Shown here in pieces: positions 52,791 through 64,000 of a stretch of 64,000 nt of DNA; the stretch's first letter is position 1; every line of letters starts with the position of its first letter. Position numbers and translations under genes: made by a program. The stretch spans positions 8,721,472 to 8,785,471 of the forward strand of contig NW_003526943.1 of NCBI RefSeq assembly GCF_000181795.1. Reading direction: 5' to 3'. The notes beneath the pieces were generated by a model. The model ran no database searches and had not been told where the DNA came from. It worked only from the letters and a program-made list of their open reading frames with translations. Origin of the DNA: Trichinella spiralis (taxonomy: Eukaryota).

Positions 52791-54036
52791 ATGGATAAAA
52801 TTTCAGTTAATTCGCTTGAAAATCCCAACGTAAATAAAGTTGTTGAATCTTTCAAAAATGATTTGGAAATTTCCCATTCAAAGTATTCTGCAAAATACAT
52901 ACAAGGTTGTAAAGAAGTGAAAAAGGCGAGAATAATTGGCCCGCCATACCGATATGTAAAGTTGAACGTCGGCGGTTGTCTGTATTACACAACAATTGGG
53001 ACTTTGACTAAAGAAGAGTCGATGCTTCGATTGATGTTCACTGGTAAAGTAGATGTTTTGACAGATGAAGACGGTTGGATATTGATAGATCGGTGTGGTA
53101 AGTATTTTGATGACGTACTGAATTTTCTTCGCGACGGAAAGGTGGCACTCCCGTCTTGCAAGATCTATGTTCAACAACTTCTTATTGAAGCGTCACATTA
53201 TTCATTGAATGTAAGCGTGCGGTTTTGTTTTTATCTGCTCAAAATTAAGATTTTTGTTCAGGGTCTGATACGTTTTTGTCAAAATTGGCTCGACAGTTTG
53301 CATATGTCTGAAGAAGTGGTGAAAACATGCCACATTTCACTTGTAAACTCATCGGAAGAAAAACTATCTCTGCAATACGTTAAACGGGTTTGTTATTATT
53401 CATGTGGTTTTTTCATTATCAGTTGGGTTTAATTGTTTGATTTCAGCCAGTCATTAAGCTTACGATTAATCGTAAACACCAGAAGTACGCATATTGTGCA
53501 AATGCGGCGACGGATGCGAATCTGCTGAAAAATTTAGAACTTTTTGATAAATTAGCTTTGCGGTTTAAAGATCGCATTCTGTTTATCAAAGGTAATCTGG
53601 ACAAATAATAAACATTTAACACTGTTTAGACAAATATGGACATTTTATTTATTTTCAGATGTTGGTTTATCGAATGAAATTTGCTCATGGTCCTTTTACA
53701 CTTCTTCGCAAAAAGAAGTGCAAGTTAGTTGCACTACAGCAAGTGGTAGTAGTCATGCGCTGGCAATAGACAAAAGGCAAACTCTGGTATTGTTATTTTT
53801 ACTAAAATTATTAAAATGAAAATGTTGTCGCTTTTGAGGTTGAATTTCCCGAAGCTCGAATTTATGAAGAAGCGATGAATACTCTACTTCGAGAAAATAT
53901 TCCTTCTGCACCATGCACTGATGCTGGAAGTCCATTGGTTAAGCAGTGCCAGCATTGCCTGTCCAGTATTTCGGGCGATGAGGTTACTCATGACAAAGCA
54001 ACCAGTTCATTGAAAACTGTTCACGGACCTCCATAA
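52791..54036 (+). CDS. BTB/POZ KCTD10-like protein, copy 2 (diverged tandem paralog)
   Basis: Same exon layout downstream of the BTB domain, with intact frames through [14 protein letters not shown] to the TAA at 54034. Many substitutions relative to copy 1. Confidence 0.88.
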
Positions 54037-54806
54037 ATGTACATGCACATAATTTATTTGTATAGCAGATAATATATACTGAATGAGCTGTGTTTTGTAC
54101 TCTTCATATATATACTTATTTATCATTCACATAATGATGTTTATTTGCAAAATTTTTATGATTACACAGCGCGTTGAAAAACTATTAGCATTCATATATT
54201 CATATTCATATATTCATAGTGATAAAATAAAATTGCGATGAGAATAATGAAATTGAAGAGCAATGTCAATATTTTATTATTGGAACTTGTGCAACAAAAA
54301 ACTTGACGTAAAGTGTAGACATCACATACGCGACATGTGAAAAAGTTGTACAATTTGCAAACAGAAACATTGAAAAATAGCAATAAAATGGGGATATTGA
54401 ATGAATGCTTTTTAAAATAATGTGGGAAATATTTATTTGTTTTCTTCTTCATTCATGATTTGGAAAATTAAAAAACAAACAAAACAAAATGCCAATAATA
54501 ATAATAATAATGATAAACATGTCATGCAACAAATATTGTTCAACGTGAATGTTAAAAAATTAAGAAAAAGAAAACAAAGGCAAGCAGAAGAAAAAAAAAC
54601 ATACGATGATGATGACAAAGACGAAAAATAAAATAGATAAATGACCAGTATATATATATATATATATACTGTGAGAAACAAGTGAGCAATTTGTTTTCTT
54701 CTTCATACAGATAAAAAATATTGCGTAGAGCAAAAAAGTAAATAAATTCCTATTGTTGTTGCTGTTTCATCTGTTTGTTTGTTTGTTTGTTTATTGCTTG
54801 CTTTCG

Positions 54807-57800
54807 TTAAAACAACGATTCGGCGCTGCGAGAAACATGCGACGGGTAGCTGGGGCTTCGTACTAGCCGCTTCCTGGGCAGCTTGTCGAACATTTTCAAA
54901 AGTGCGTTGAAATCAGGCCTCTCGTTCGGTCGAAATTTCCAGCATAACATGCAAATTTCCTTTTATAATAAATTAATTAATTAATTAAAATTACACACAT
55001 GCACAGATTAATTTAACAAAGTTTTTCCTTTTTTACTTTCATCTCTTTTGCAAGTTGCAAATTGTTCAACGCCGGCTTGATTCCTTTACCCACTTGCCAG
55101 ATTATTGTTTCCGGTGCGCTTCTTTTGAACGGATATTCACCAGTTATAAGCTCATACCATACAGTTCTGAACAAAGTTTAATGATTAAAATATGCATAAA
55201 AAGAAAAAAAAACAAAAACTCATTCAACAATATTCAAATCAATAATATAAATTTCACGTAATGAAATTGCTAGATAAAGGTTGAATTGCAAACAATTTAG
55301 TTCGTATAAAAGAATATACATGCACAGATGAATAGATTGACAGATATGTACAGTAGATATTATACATACCCCAAAGCGTAAACATCACTGCCAGTTGAGA
55401 AGGGTAGTTCTTCGACTTCGTTGCCATTTTCGTTGAACAACAGCAAGTTGCGCATTATTTCCGGCGACAAATAGCCCAACAAGTGCTTGGGAACACAAAG
55501 GAATTTGTAACTGTAAAAGCATGGCAGAAATTTATTGAAAAGAAATCAAAAAATTTCCCTCCATCATCCAGTCATATTACCCAGTTTCGGTTTGAAATTT
55601 GAGCAGACGATGAATAGAAAATAGACCAAAATCAGTGATGACCACTTTGTTGTTATTTTCGATGAAAATATTCTTCGTGCGTAAATCTTTGTGGACTATC
55701 TTCTTACCGTGCAAATAGGACATTCCCTGAAAACAGCAATACCCCATGTATGTATGGATGTATGAATGAATATTGAAAATAATAGACGAATTATATGAAT
55801 AAAAAGTGAACGTTCACAATGAATTTTCAACCTGCGAAATTTGCGTTGCAATGTTCACTATTCGACAAGTTTCCATACGTTCCCGTCGGAGGTGGAGCAA
55901 AGTGTGCAAAGTGCGCCCTTTGCACAGGTTCATCACAATGCCCAAACTGGGAGGCTTCAAACAACAGCCCAAGAAGAGGACAAGATTTTCGTGGCGCGTG
56001 TTGCGAAATGTCGATACCTGCGCGCGTGAAAAATGCAAATTCAGAATAATAATTGAATTTTCAAAAACGTCATCACAACGTCAATCACCAAGCAGCACCT
56101 CCAGTTTGAACGTTTCCAATTGGCGCTCGTTGGCCACGTGGTCCATGTTCAACAATTTCACAGCCACATCTTGATGCCAGTAGGCGGCGTGCACGTCGCC
56201 AAATCTGCCCCTTCCAATCAGAGAATCCTTTTTGAAAGATATCTCTTCTATGGGAATTGTCCATTCTCGCCAAGACGTCGAACCACCACGAATTGTGTTC
56301 ACAGACCTAATGGATAAAGAACAATTCAAACACAAAGTAAAACAGAAAATAATTCTCTCCATAAAATGGAAATTATTTTATGAAATAAAGACAAAAGTGA
56401 ATAATTATTTAAAAAAATTAAAATAACTTTTACCAAACATTACGTCGCCACTGATGACTACCGTACACTTCATCCGCACTTCCAGTACTACCGACAAAAT
56501 TGTCTTCGTTTGAAAAATGCGACTCGGATCCCTGAAAATGAAACGAAATTCAATTCAACAATTTTTCAAGTAACAATACAATTTAATAATTACCATTTCA
56601 AGCAAATTTCCATCCGAACTAGAAACCAAAGTGCTCGTTTCACTTTCATTTTTCAACGAATTTTGAGAATCAACACTGCATCAAAACAAAAACAAAATAT
56701 GCATTGTACTTATTAAAAATAAAATATTGCGAAATTTTCTCTTTTTTTGCAAAATGTAATAACTATTTCAATGGCAAAGTGAAATCTTCTGCTCAGATGC
56801 AATTTTGCAGCTAAAAAAACCAACTAATCTATGAGAAAAAAAACAATCATCAATAAATAACACATGAGAAAAATTATCCACCATTCTCATTAAAAAATCA
56901 CTAAAAAATGAATGATCTGCTTGAAAAAAAGCCTTAAAAAACCAATCAAAAATGTCGATTAACAAATAAAACCCCTATTCGAAGTGGGAGAAAATTGGTT
57001 TCTCCAAATTACAGTCAAAATCTATAATCTCTTGGTTTTCAATTCTCTCTCTCTCTCTCCCTCTGACGACAACACTTCAATTTAATCAGTATTCAACAAT
57101 GATTTTCAAATTCAATGAAATAACAACGCTTCTTCTTCAATCATAGAAAAAAAATAGCTACAATTTACACTTGCAAAATTAGCTCAAATTATTACTGCAA
57201 AAAATGAGATAACAAATCATTGGCGTATATTATGCACATTTTGGGATAAAAATTTTGAAAAAAAAGCAAACCAAGCAAAATAGTGCTTACCAAGACTGCG
57301 AATCAATATTGATCAGTGGAACATCCGGTGTAAATTCTTCATTTGAATTTAAAAAAAAAGTTAAATGTAATAATAATAAGAGGTATGCAGAAAAATTACC
57401 GGTGAAAGAAAATGTTGGTCGTTGATGAGCAGCAAGTCCTGGAGAATAAATGACGCTGTTCACTACTGGAGCTGGTGTGGACGGTGCTGAACTGTTGCAG
57501 CTGCTTGAACTGGCCGAATCGAAACGATCCGGATAAGCGTTCAAAAAACTGCCCGACATCTGCCCCGATTGCATCAAACGTGGAGAACGCTTCTCCTCAC
57601 CGTTCGAATCCCAGCTACCTGAATAAACAACAACAATAACAACAACAATAATATTCAAATTTGAAAAAAAAGTAAACAACTGTCTTTTCACCTTCGTTGC
57701 CCAAAACTAACAATTCGTAAATTTGTCGCATGCGTTTCGTAGTAAGACCACAAGTGGGGCCAATTTTATCCTTGCACTGGTTGTGAATTTTCATCCTGCA

Positions 57801-60800
57801 AATCAAATAAAAATTAATGAATCAATTAAAACAAAAAATTTTTCCACATCACTCACTTGCAATCGGAACATTTTTCACCAGTCAAACCCAGCGGCTTCAA
57901 ACAAACATGACAATGGGACATGGACGGCTTCCACATGCGAACAAAACGATGGCTTATGTTGTGCAACATTCGCACGTTAGTCCGAGGTGACCGTGGAGGT
58001 ATTTGGACCGCTTAAATTGAATTATTTTTTTTTAAAGACGCATTTCGCTTGAACATATTTGAAAATAAATAAATAAATTATGCATATTACTCGCATAACA
58101 CGATTCGCAACCACTATCCGGTGACAAAGCCAACGTCGCGTTTCCACCACTGTTACAGTGTTGGAGTTGATGCTGTTCACAACAGTTTGTACTAGTACTG
58201 CAACAGTTGAGCACGGAGCTCGACTTGGATTTGACCGCGCAGTGGTACAAAGAACCGGAACGAACGCCGTAGCCGTAGCCGGTGCCGGCGCCGCTGACCA
58301 CCGGATTGGCCCCGCCCCCGCTGCTGCTATTACCGCCGCCACCGTCAAAGATACCAACATCCACATCACCGGTACCAACGCCCAAATTGGTGACGCGTTC
58401 GGCAATTTTCGCGGATCGGATAATTTTCTTGGGCAAATTCGACTCGTGCGAACGGCTGCGAATCATGGTCACTTGGGCTGAGCCACCGGCGACCGCTGCC
58501 GAACCGGCCGTTGCCCATCTCAAACTGGGCGGTGGCGTGCTCGACGGCTTGACCGGTGGTGGTCTGTTTTCGTAGGTTCGATTCGACGTCGACGGAACCG
58601 GCAACGTGGCACCACTTCCACCATTCCACTCCAGGGTCGACAAAGTGGGCGTTGGACTTGCGGGCAAACTGACGCCCAATTTGCCCGGCGCCGACGGTCG
58701 ACGACCCGTCTCGTCACTGTCGCGCTCCTGGTCGCGGTCCGCATCCACAGGGCGGAGCCGACGCGGCGACATGGCACGGCCAACGCCCGCCGGCCCAATC
58801 TGACCGTCGGAACGGTCGTAGCCGATCCATGCGAGTTCGGCGTCGGGCAGTTCGTCCTTGGGTTCGGCGCCTTGACCAATCCAACGGTTCGTGTACCATC
58901 GCAAATTCTGAGTCGCCTTGATGAAGCGTCGACGATCTTCGCCAGTCACGTTGCAAGCATCGCAAAGCGCGTTCAGACTGTCATCGTCTCGACTCAACAG
59001 CTCGTCCAAGCTTTTCAAATCTTCCAACAAGCTCTAAGAATAATTACAGAACAACAAGATCAACTTTGTGCATTTCGAAACACTCGTCCAGTGATGCACA
59101 ATCTCGATCAATTACTTCGATATATTGGGGTCGCAAATTGACAATCTCCAGCCATAGATGCACCTCTGCGGAAGAATCCAACTTGCATGCCTCTTTGCCA
59201 GCCGAATTGACTTTCAATTTCAAATACAAAATCCGACTGATCAACTTCAACAATTTCCCCTAAATAAAATCAATTCAATCATCAAACGACATTTCATTCG
59301 TTTGTTAAATCGCTAATCACATTCTGAACATACTTTTATCACTGAACTGTTTTAAACAAAACGAATCAAAAAATCATTATCCCAAGCTTTCAAAGTTCAC
59401 GCTAACGAGGAGTTACCGTTAACCGACATCGTATGCATATTCAACTTTCACTTCACATCATAATCGCTTTTACAGTAACAAATACAAATCAAATTAAACA
59501 TTTATCATAACGTGATTGTTCATTTGAGTCAATCATTACGATACCTGAAGATAAATCAAAAACTTTCCAACATTTGACATCACTTTCCCTACCAAAAAAT
59601 ATTTATATATTTATCGAAATAATTTGTTGTTGAATACGCTTTACGAGGTGAAAACAAAAACATATGGAAAATCAAACCCCCTTATACAAACCCAAAAACT
59701 GACCGCATTAAAAAAGGAATTACATTTGCAGAAATAGTGAATAAAATTTTCATTTATTTTATTACAAATCTGACAGCCTTTTTAGTAGATCAAAAAACAA
59801 CAACAATTAATTAATCACTAATGCAAAAAAAGTATAATTAATCAAAAGGAAATTTCAAGATACTACTTGGCATATTCAGTTCACTCTCAAAATTCAAATA
59901 AAACATTACCACTGCTTAATGTCGACAAAATTCAATGTGTACATTCGATTTTGACAAAAAAAACAATATTTAAGAAATAAAAAATCACAGTCGACAATAC
60001 TTGTAGAATTCATCATACCAAAAGGATCAAAAACAGATTAACAACCGCATCAAAACTAACTATAAAATAATTTGGATTTGATATTTTTTTTCTTGTAGAT
60101 ACATGATCATTTTGTTTACCATGAACTAACGAAACAAAAGTATTCATTAAAATTCAATTTTTAGCTTCTTTAACAAAATAATAAATTCAATAAAAACTGA
60201 AAATACGTTGCATGTACACTTGTAACGTTAAAAAATTGTTTCAACGATTTTACAAAACATGCATTGGACGTGAATTTCATCCTCCTAAAACAGCTCAACA
60301 AATCTAATTTTTGAACATAAAACTGACAATGAAAATTTATTTCCAATGCTAACTTTGTTTCTTTCTATGCATGGGAGTGGATTTTTCATTTGAAAAGTAA
60401 AAGTTTGAAATATTTAGAATGCACAAAAAATCAAGTCTAATAAATATAATAAGAATTGATACATCTAAATTATATTAATTTAAAAATCAGTTGTCACGAT
60501 ACAAAATTTATTTTAATCAATTAAAACTTTAACCATTTAACAACACGTTCAGTGAGAATTATATAAAAACTGATTGCTAACAAATTTAAATATAATATTT
60601 ATGATCATATCTTGAATTGTGAATATGTCATTTATAATTTTAAACTGCACACACATATCAGTAAATTCTAATGATAAAAAAGAAATAAAATTACCTCACG
60701 TTCGCGTAAGAAAGGTTCAATTTCAGATGATGTTAAATTATTTTGTGAACGATACTTCCGGAGATTTTCCGCATTTACCCGAACTATATATTGTGTATCT

Positions 60801-60841
60801 TGAAGTTCCTGCAGCCAGTTGCACAGGGCATTGTTGCCCAT
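54807..60841 (-). CDS. ksr: Kinase suppressor of Ras (KSR): CA1/CC-SAM, RSRSHES site, C1 domain, kinase domain
   Basis: First coding exon 60695-60841 (MGNNAL..LRERE) joins [11 protein letters not shown] in frame. SAM-like [22 protein letters not shown]1 domain (CHVC..C..C..KIHNQC), [37 protein letters not shown] and a SHVSRSAES tail. Confidence 0.93.
57043..57059. repeat. (CT)n microsatellite in KSR intron
   Basis: Direct reading. Confidence 0.85.
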
Positions 60842-62552
60842 GTGCACTTAAAAAATTGCCGGCAAAGTTAAAAGAAATACAAAAAATTAAAACTTCAATA
60901 TATCTCTACTATCATGAATGACAGAATGACTGTATTACAGTATGATAATTAAAAAAGAATTCACGAACAAACTAATTTAGCTAATACAATGATACCAATC
61001 TCAAGGAAAATTTATTGTTTACAAATATTTTATTGTTTCAATTTTTATATTTATATTGAATCTGATTTATTTTTTTTGTAATTTCTTCATTTAAAATGCC
61101 ACCTTACATTTAATATCTAACGAATTTTCTTTATTCACTTTTTCAATATTTTTTCTCAATTTTGTTATCATATTTAACTGTTTTCATTAACGTTACAGAA
61201 ATTTATTCAAATCTTCTGCCATCATTGGTTTGATGATAAATTGAATGTAATATTAAATTTCTGAAATTGGCTTTTCAGAAGAATTCCACTTCCTGCAATG
61301 ATAACTGTTTTGAAAATATTAATAGCAAATAATTACGGTTTATAGCGGAATATACGAAGTAATTCGAAATTATTTTCATATAACGCACAGAAAAATAAAA
61401 CAGGAAACGCCGAGTTGTGAGTTTTGTCGTTTTAATATTTGCCAATGTTTATTGTTAAAATTAATTGCATTGCTATTTGACAAGTTTAATATTCTTTTGC
61501 TTTTTTTAGAAGAAAAATCGAGCATTTGAAGGAATTATAATAAATTTTACATTTGCATTTTATTAATTCAAAATAATTTTCCATGAAATTGATTTTTAGA
61601 AATACTTCTGAAGAACTATGCCAACATTATAATTAATATCGAATATTGTTCCAAGGTTTCAACTGGTTGAAAAAGATTTTTCACTTGTGAAATGAAAAAT
61701 GCAGTTAAAATGGTAATTTTAATCTATTAATTTTTTAAACATGTATATATGGGTGCAGTAAAGTTTTAAAATGCAATTGGGCAGTTTAAGATTTTTCAAG
61801 TTTCCGTTTATAGCAACTGAACCATATGCATGAATTATGCTCCTGCTGACTGCTGAATTACTGCTGAAAATTATGCATCCGTTAATATAAGTTCAAGAGA
61901 AAATTTTAAATTTGCCTGGATATAAATCAATTCAATTATGTTTTTTTTCTTCTGCTTTTTTCTTTTGATGAATAAATTCGTGAATCATGATTTTGTTTTA
62001 TGCTTTTTTCATGTTTACCAGTTTTGATTTAATGGGTTCTGTTTGTTGATGGAATTTGTGAATTCTTCAGCTTTTGCTACAAGCAAACAAACGTCAGCAG
62101 TATTAATTGAATGCTTTTGTGTACATTTTAAGAGAATCAAAATTTCAGCTTCACTCCACCAGATAACTTCAGCACCTGTTTACAAATTAGCCGTCATTGA
62201 GAAGGCAGTGCAATTGCAACGTAATCATCATTCAATCATCTGTTTGGATGTTGCTGTGAAAAATAAAAATTTTTTAATTATATTCCCCACCTGTAAGTTG
62301 TACTTTCGCATTATTTTCTTCTCAAAAAGAATGTCAAATTATATCTTGTAATTTTTTGTTATTATTATTTAAAGCCACAGCGATTTTCTGTATCAAACAT
62401 TCTTTATTGGATTCAGGTATGTTTGAATTTTAAGAATTAAATGTTCATTATCTATCATAAATAAATCATAAATCATAATGCGAGAAAAAAGATGTTATTG
62501 TTGTTGTTATCCTTTAACTGTAAATTATTCATTACTGCTATAACATTGATCC

Positions 62553-62616
62553 GATTAGATTAGATTAGATTAGATTCGATTCGATTAAATTAGATTAGAT
62601 TAGATTAAATTAAATT
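62553..62616. repeat. (ATTAG)n pentanucleotide microsatellite with ATTCG/ATTAA variant units
   Basis: gattagattagattagattagattcgattcgattaaattagattagattagattaaatt. Confidence 0.9.
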
Positions 62617-64000
62617 ACAATGAAAAGATGAAAACTGAACTAAAGTGCAGTCAGTGCTTGGTTTTGGTCGTTGATTTTCATAAAAAAGATAATTATAATT
62701 AATACGTTTTAAAATTGAAAAAGAAAACGAGATTCAAAAGAAAAAAATGCAATATATTTGTATTGTTTGCAATGTTCGAAAGAGTAACTATGAGAATATC
62801 AGTAAACTGTAAAGCAAAAAGTTATTTCTTCTAAATAGTAGCCATTTTTTTCATTTGTGGAACTGAAATATTATAAATGAAAAAATGCGTTTCAAAAAAT
62901 TTTTCATCCATATGATAATTATTTTTTAAGGCTTTTTTCAGAAAAACCTCTCGTTTCATATGAAAATTTTAATAAAAAAACAAGATGTTTTGATGGTATG
63001 AATAAAATAAAAAAACAATAAAAAGCTATTACGAAATTTATCCGAGATTTTTCTAAAGAAGGTGAAAGAATACACATTCGTTTGTTTTATCATTTTTATG
63101 AATATTCTGATTGCACATTTTGCCTGTTTCAAATGAAAATGTGAAAATATTTTTAAAACTTTCACTTCTCATATGATTAATAATTGAATTAATTCATTTC
63201 GCTTCTCAGTTTTTGTTTCCTTCACTGTACAGAGCTTGCTTTTCTCCAAAAATGAAAAGTGTTTTTAAAATTTAAATGAAACATTCTAAAAGTTTAAATT
63301 CTTTTGTTTAGCAAAGATGTGTCAGCTGAATTTCGCCAATAAAAGTGTCATGCAATCGAGGAAGAACTGAAAATTTACGTTAATCTACGTTTCACTTTGT
63401 TTGCAAAGCAAACACCTTATCATTAGTGGTGTAGGAAAAAAACTGAAATTCACAGAAAGAATCAATTATTACACAATCAATACAGTAATCAAAAGCAGAT
63501 GAAAAAAGATGACCAGCAGAAGTAAGTGCTTTTCATTCAATAATAAATATATATAAATAATAAATTTAGATCAAATCTATTTTCAAAATAAATTTAAAAA
63601 TCTTCAAAATGATTTGAAACCACTGAATAATTATCTGCATCTTTCTGCCTGTGATTCTACAAAATCTGCCACCACCCCAAGATGGAAATATTCTTTAAAC
63701 AAATATGGTAATCGATTTTATTTGAAAATTACGTTAAACAGTTTTATTTTATTAAGCAACAAAAGAAACGGTTGTGAATAAAAAACCCTTGTCACCGGTG
63801 ACAAATATTGCATTAGTTGACCGGAAAAAGGAACAGTATCCACGAATGCCGGTAACAAATTTCGAAGACGAATATTATTCCAATCAAATTTCTGATGATT
63901 ACGTTAAATTAATTCGATATGGCTACAAAAGTGACGCACAAGTACAATTGAATGCAAATTTGTCCGATTTTCAAGAGAAAAATGTTAAATTTCCTTCCGC

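Noticed and set aside
58022..59141. Many overlapping ORFs suggesting dual-coding
   Set aside because: Expected from stop-codon scarcity in the GC-rich KSR exon.
59408..59440. Alternative first KSR exon (ATGCATACGATGTCGGTTAACG|gtaact)
   Set aside because: It ends in phase 1, incompatible with the phase-0 acceptor at 59259.
1..64000. tRNA, rRNA, CRISPR or prokaryotic/HGT systems
   Set aside because: None recognisable by eye and all genes are eukaryotic. A covariance-model scan was not possible, so small ncRNAs cannot be excluded.

Overview
This is AT-rich, gene-dense eukaryotic DNA with many short (about 45-90 bp) GT-AG introns. Composition, intron size, an MSP-domain gene and the gene set suggest a clade I nematode, most likely Trichinella (inference, no database check). 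Conserved genes, left to right: rhomboid protease (-), RacGAP1/CYK-4 (+), EXOSC8/Rrp43 (-), ALIX (+), an MSP-domain protein (+), LMF2 (-), APC7 (-), Rab33 (-), TMEM33 (-), a STIL/Ana2/SAS-5-like centriole gene (+), TMX2 (-), two tandem KCTD10/BACURD genes (+) and KSR (-). Mobile remnants are a Ty1/copia pol fragment abutting a Tigger/pogo fragment, and a CCAAT-rich dispersed repeat. The most unusual part is about 17.5-28 kb. It holds two near-identical intact genes for a small signal-peptide + 10-Cys box + FN3-like + putative TM protein, interleaved with several frameshifted, co-oriented relics of what looks like the same family. This appears to be a birth-and-death array of a surface-protein family, with a sharp gene-conversion-like identity boundary at the start codon. 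Exon boundaries and alignments were read by eye and are approximate.
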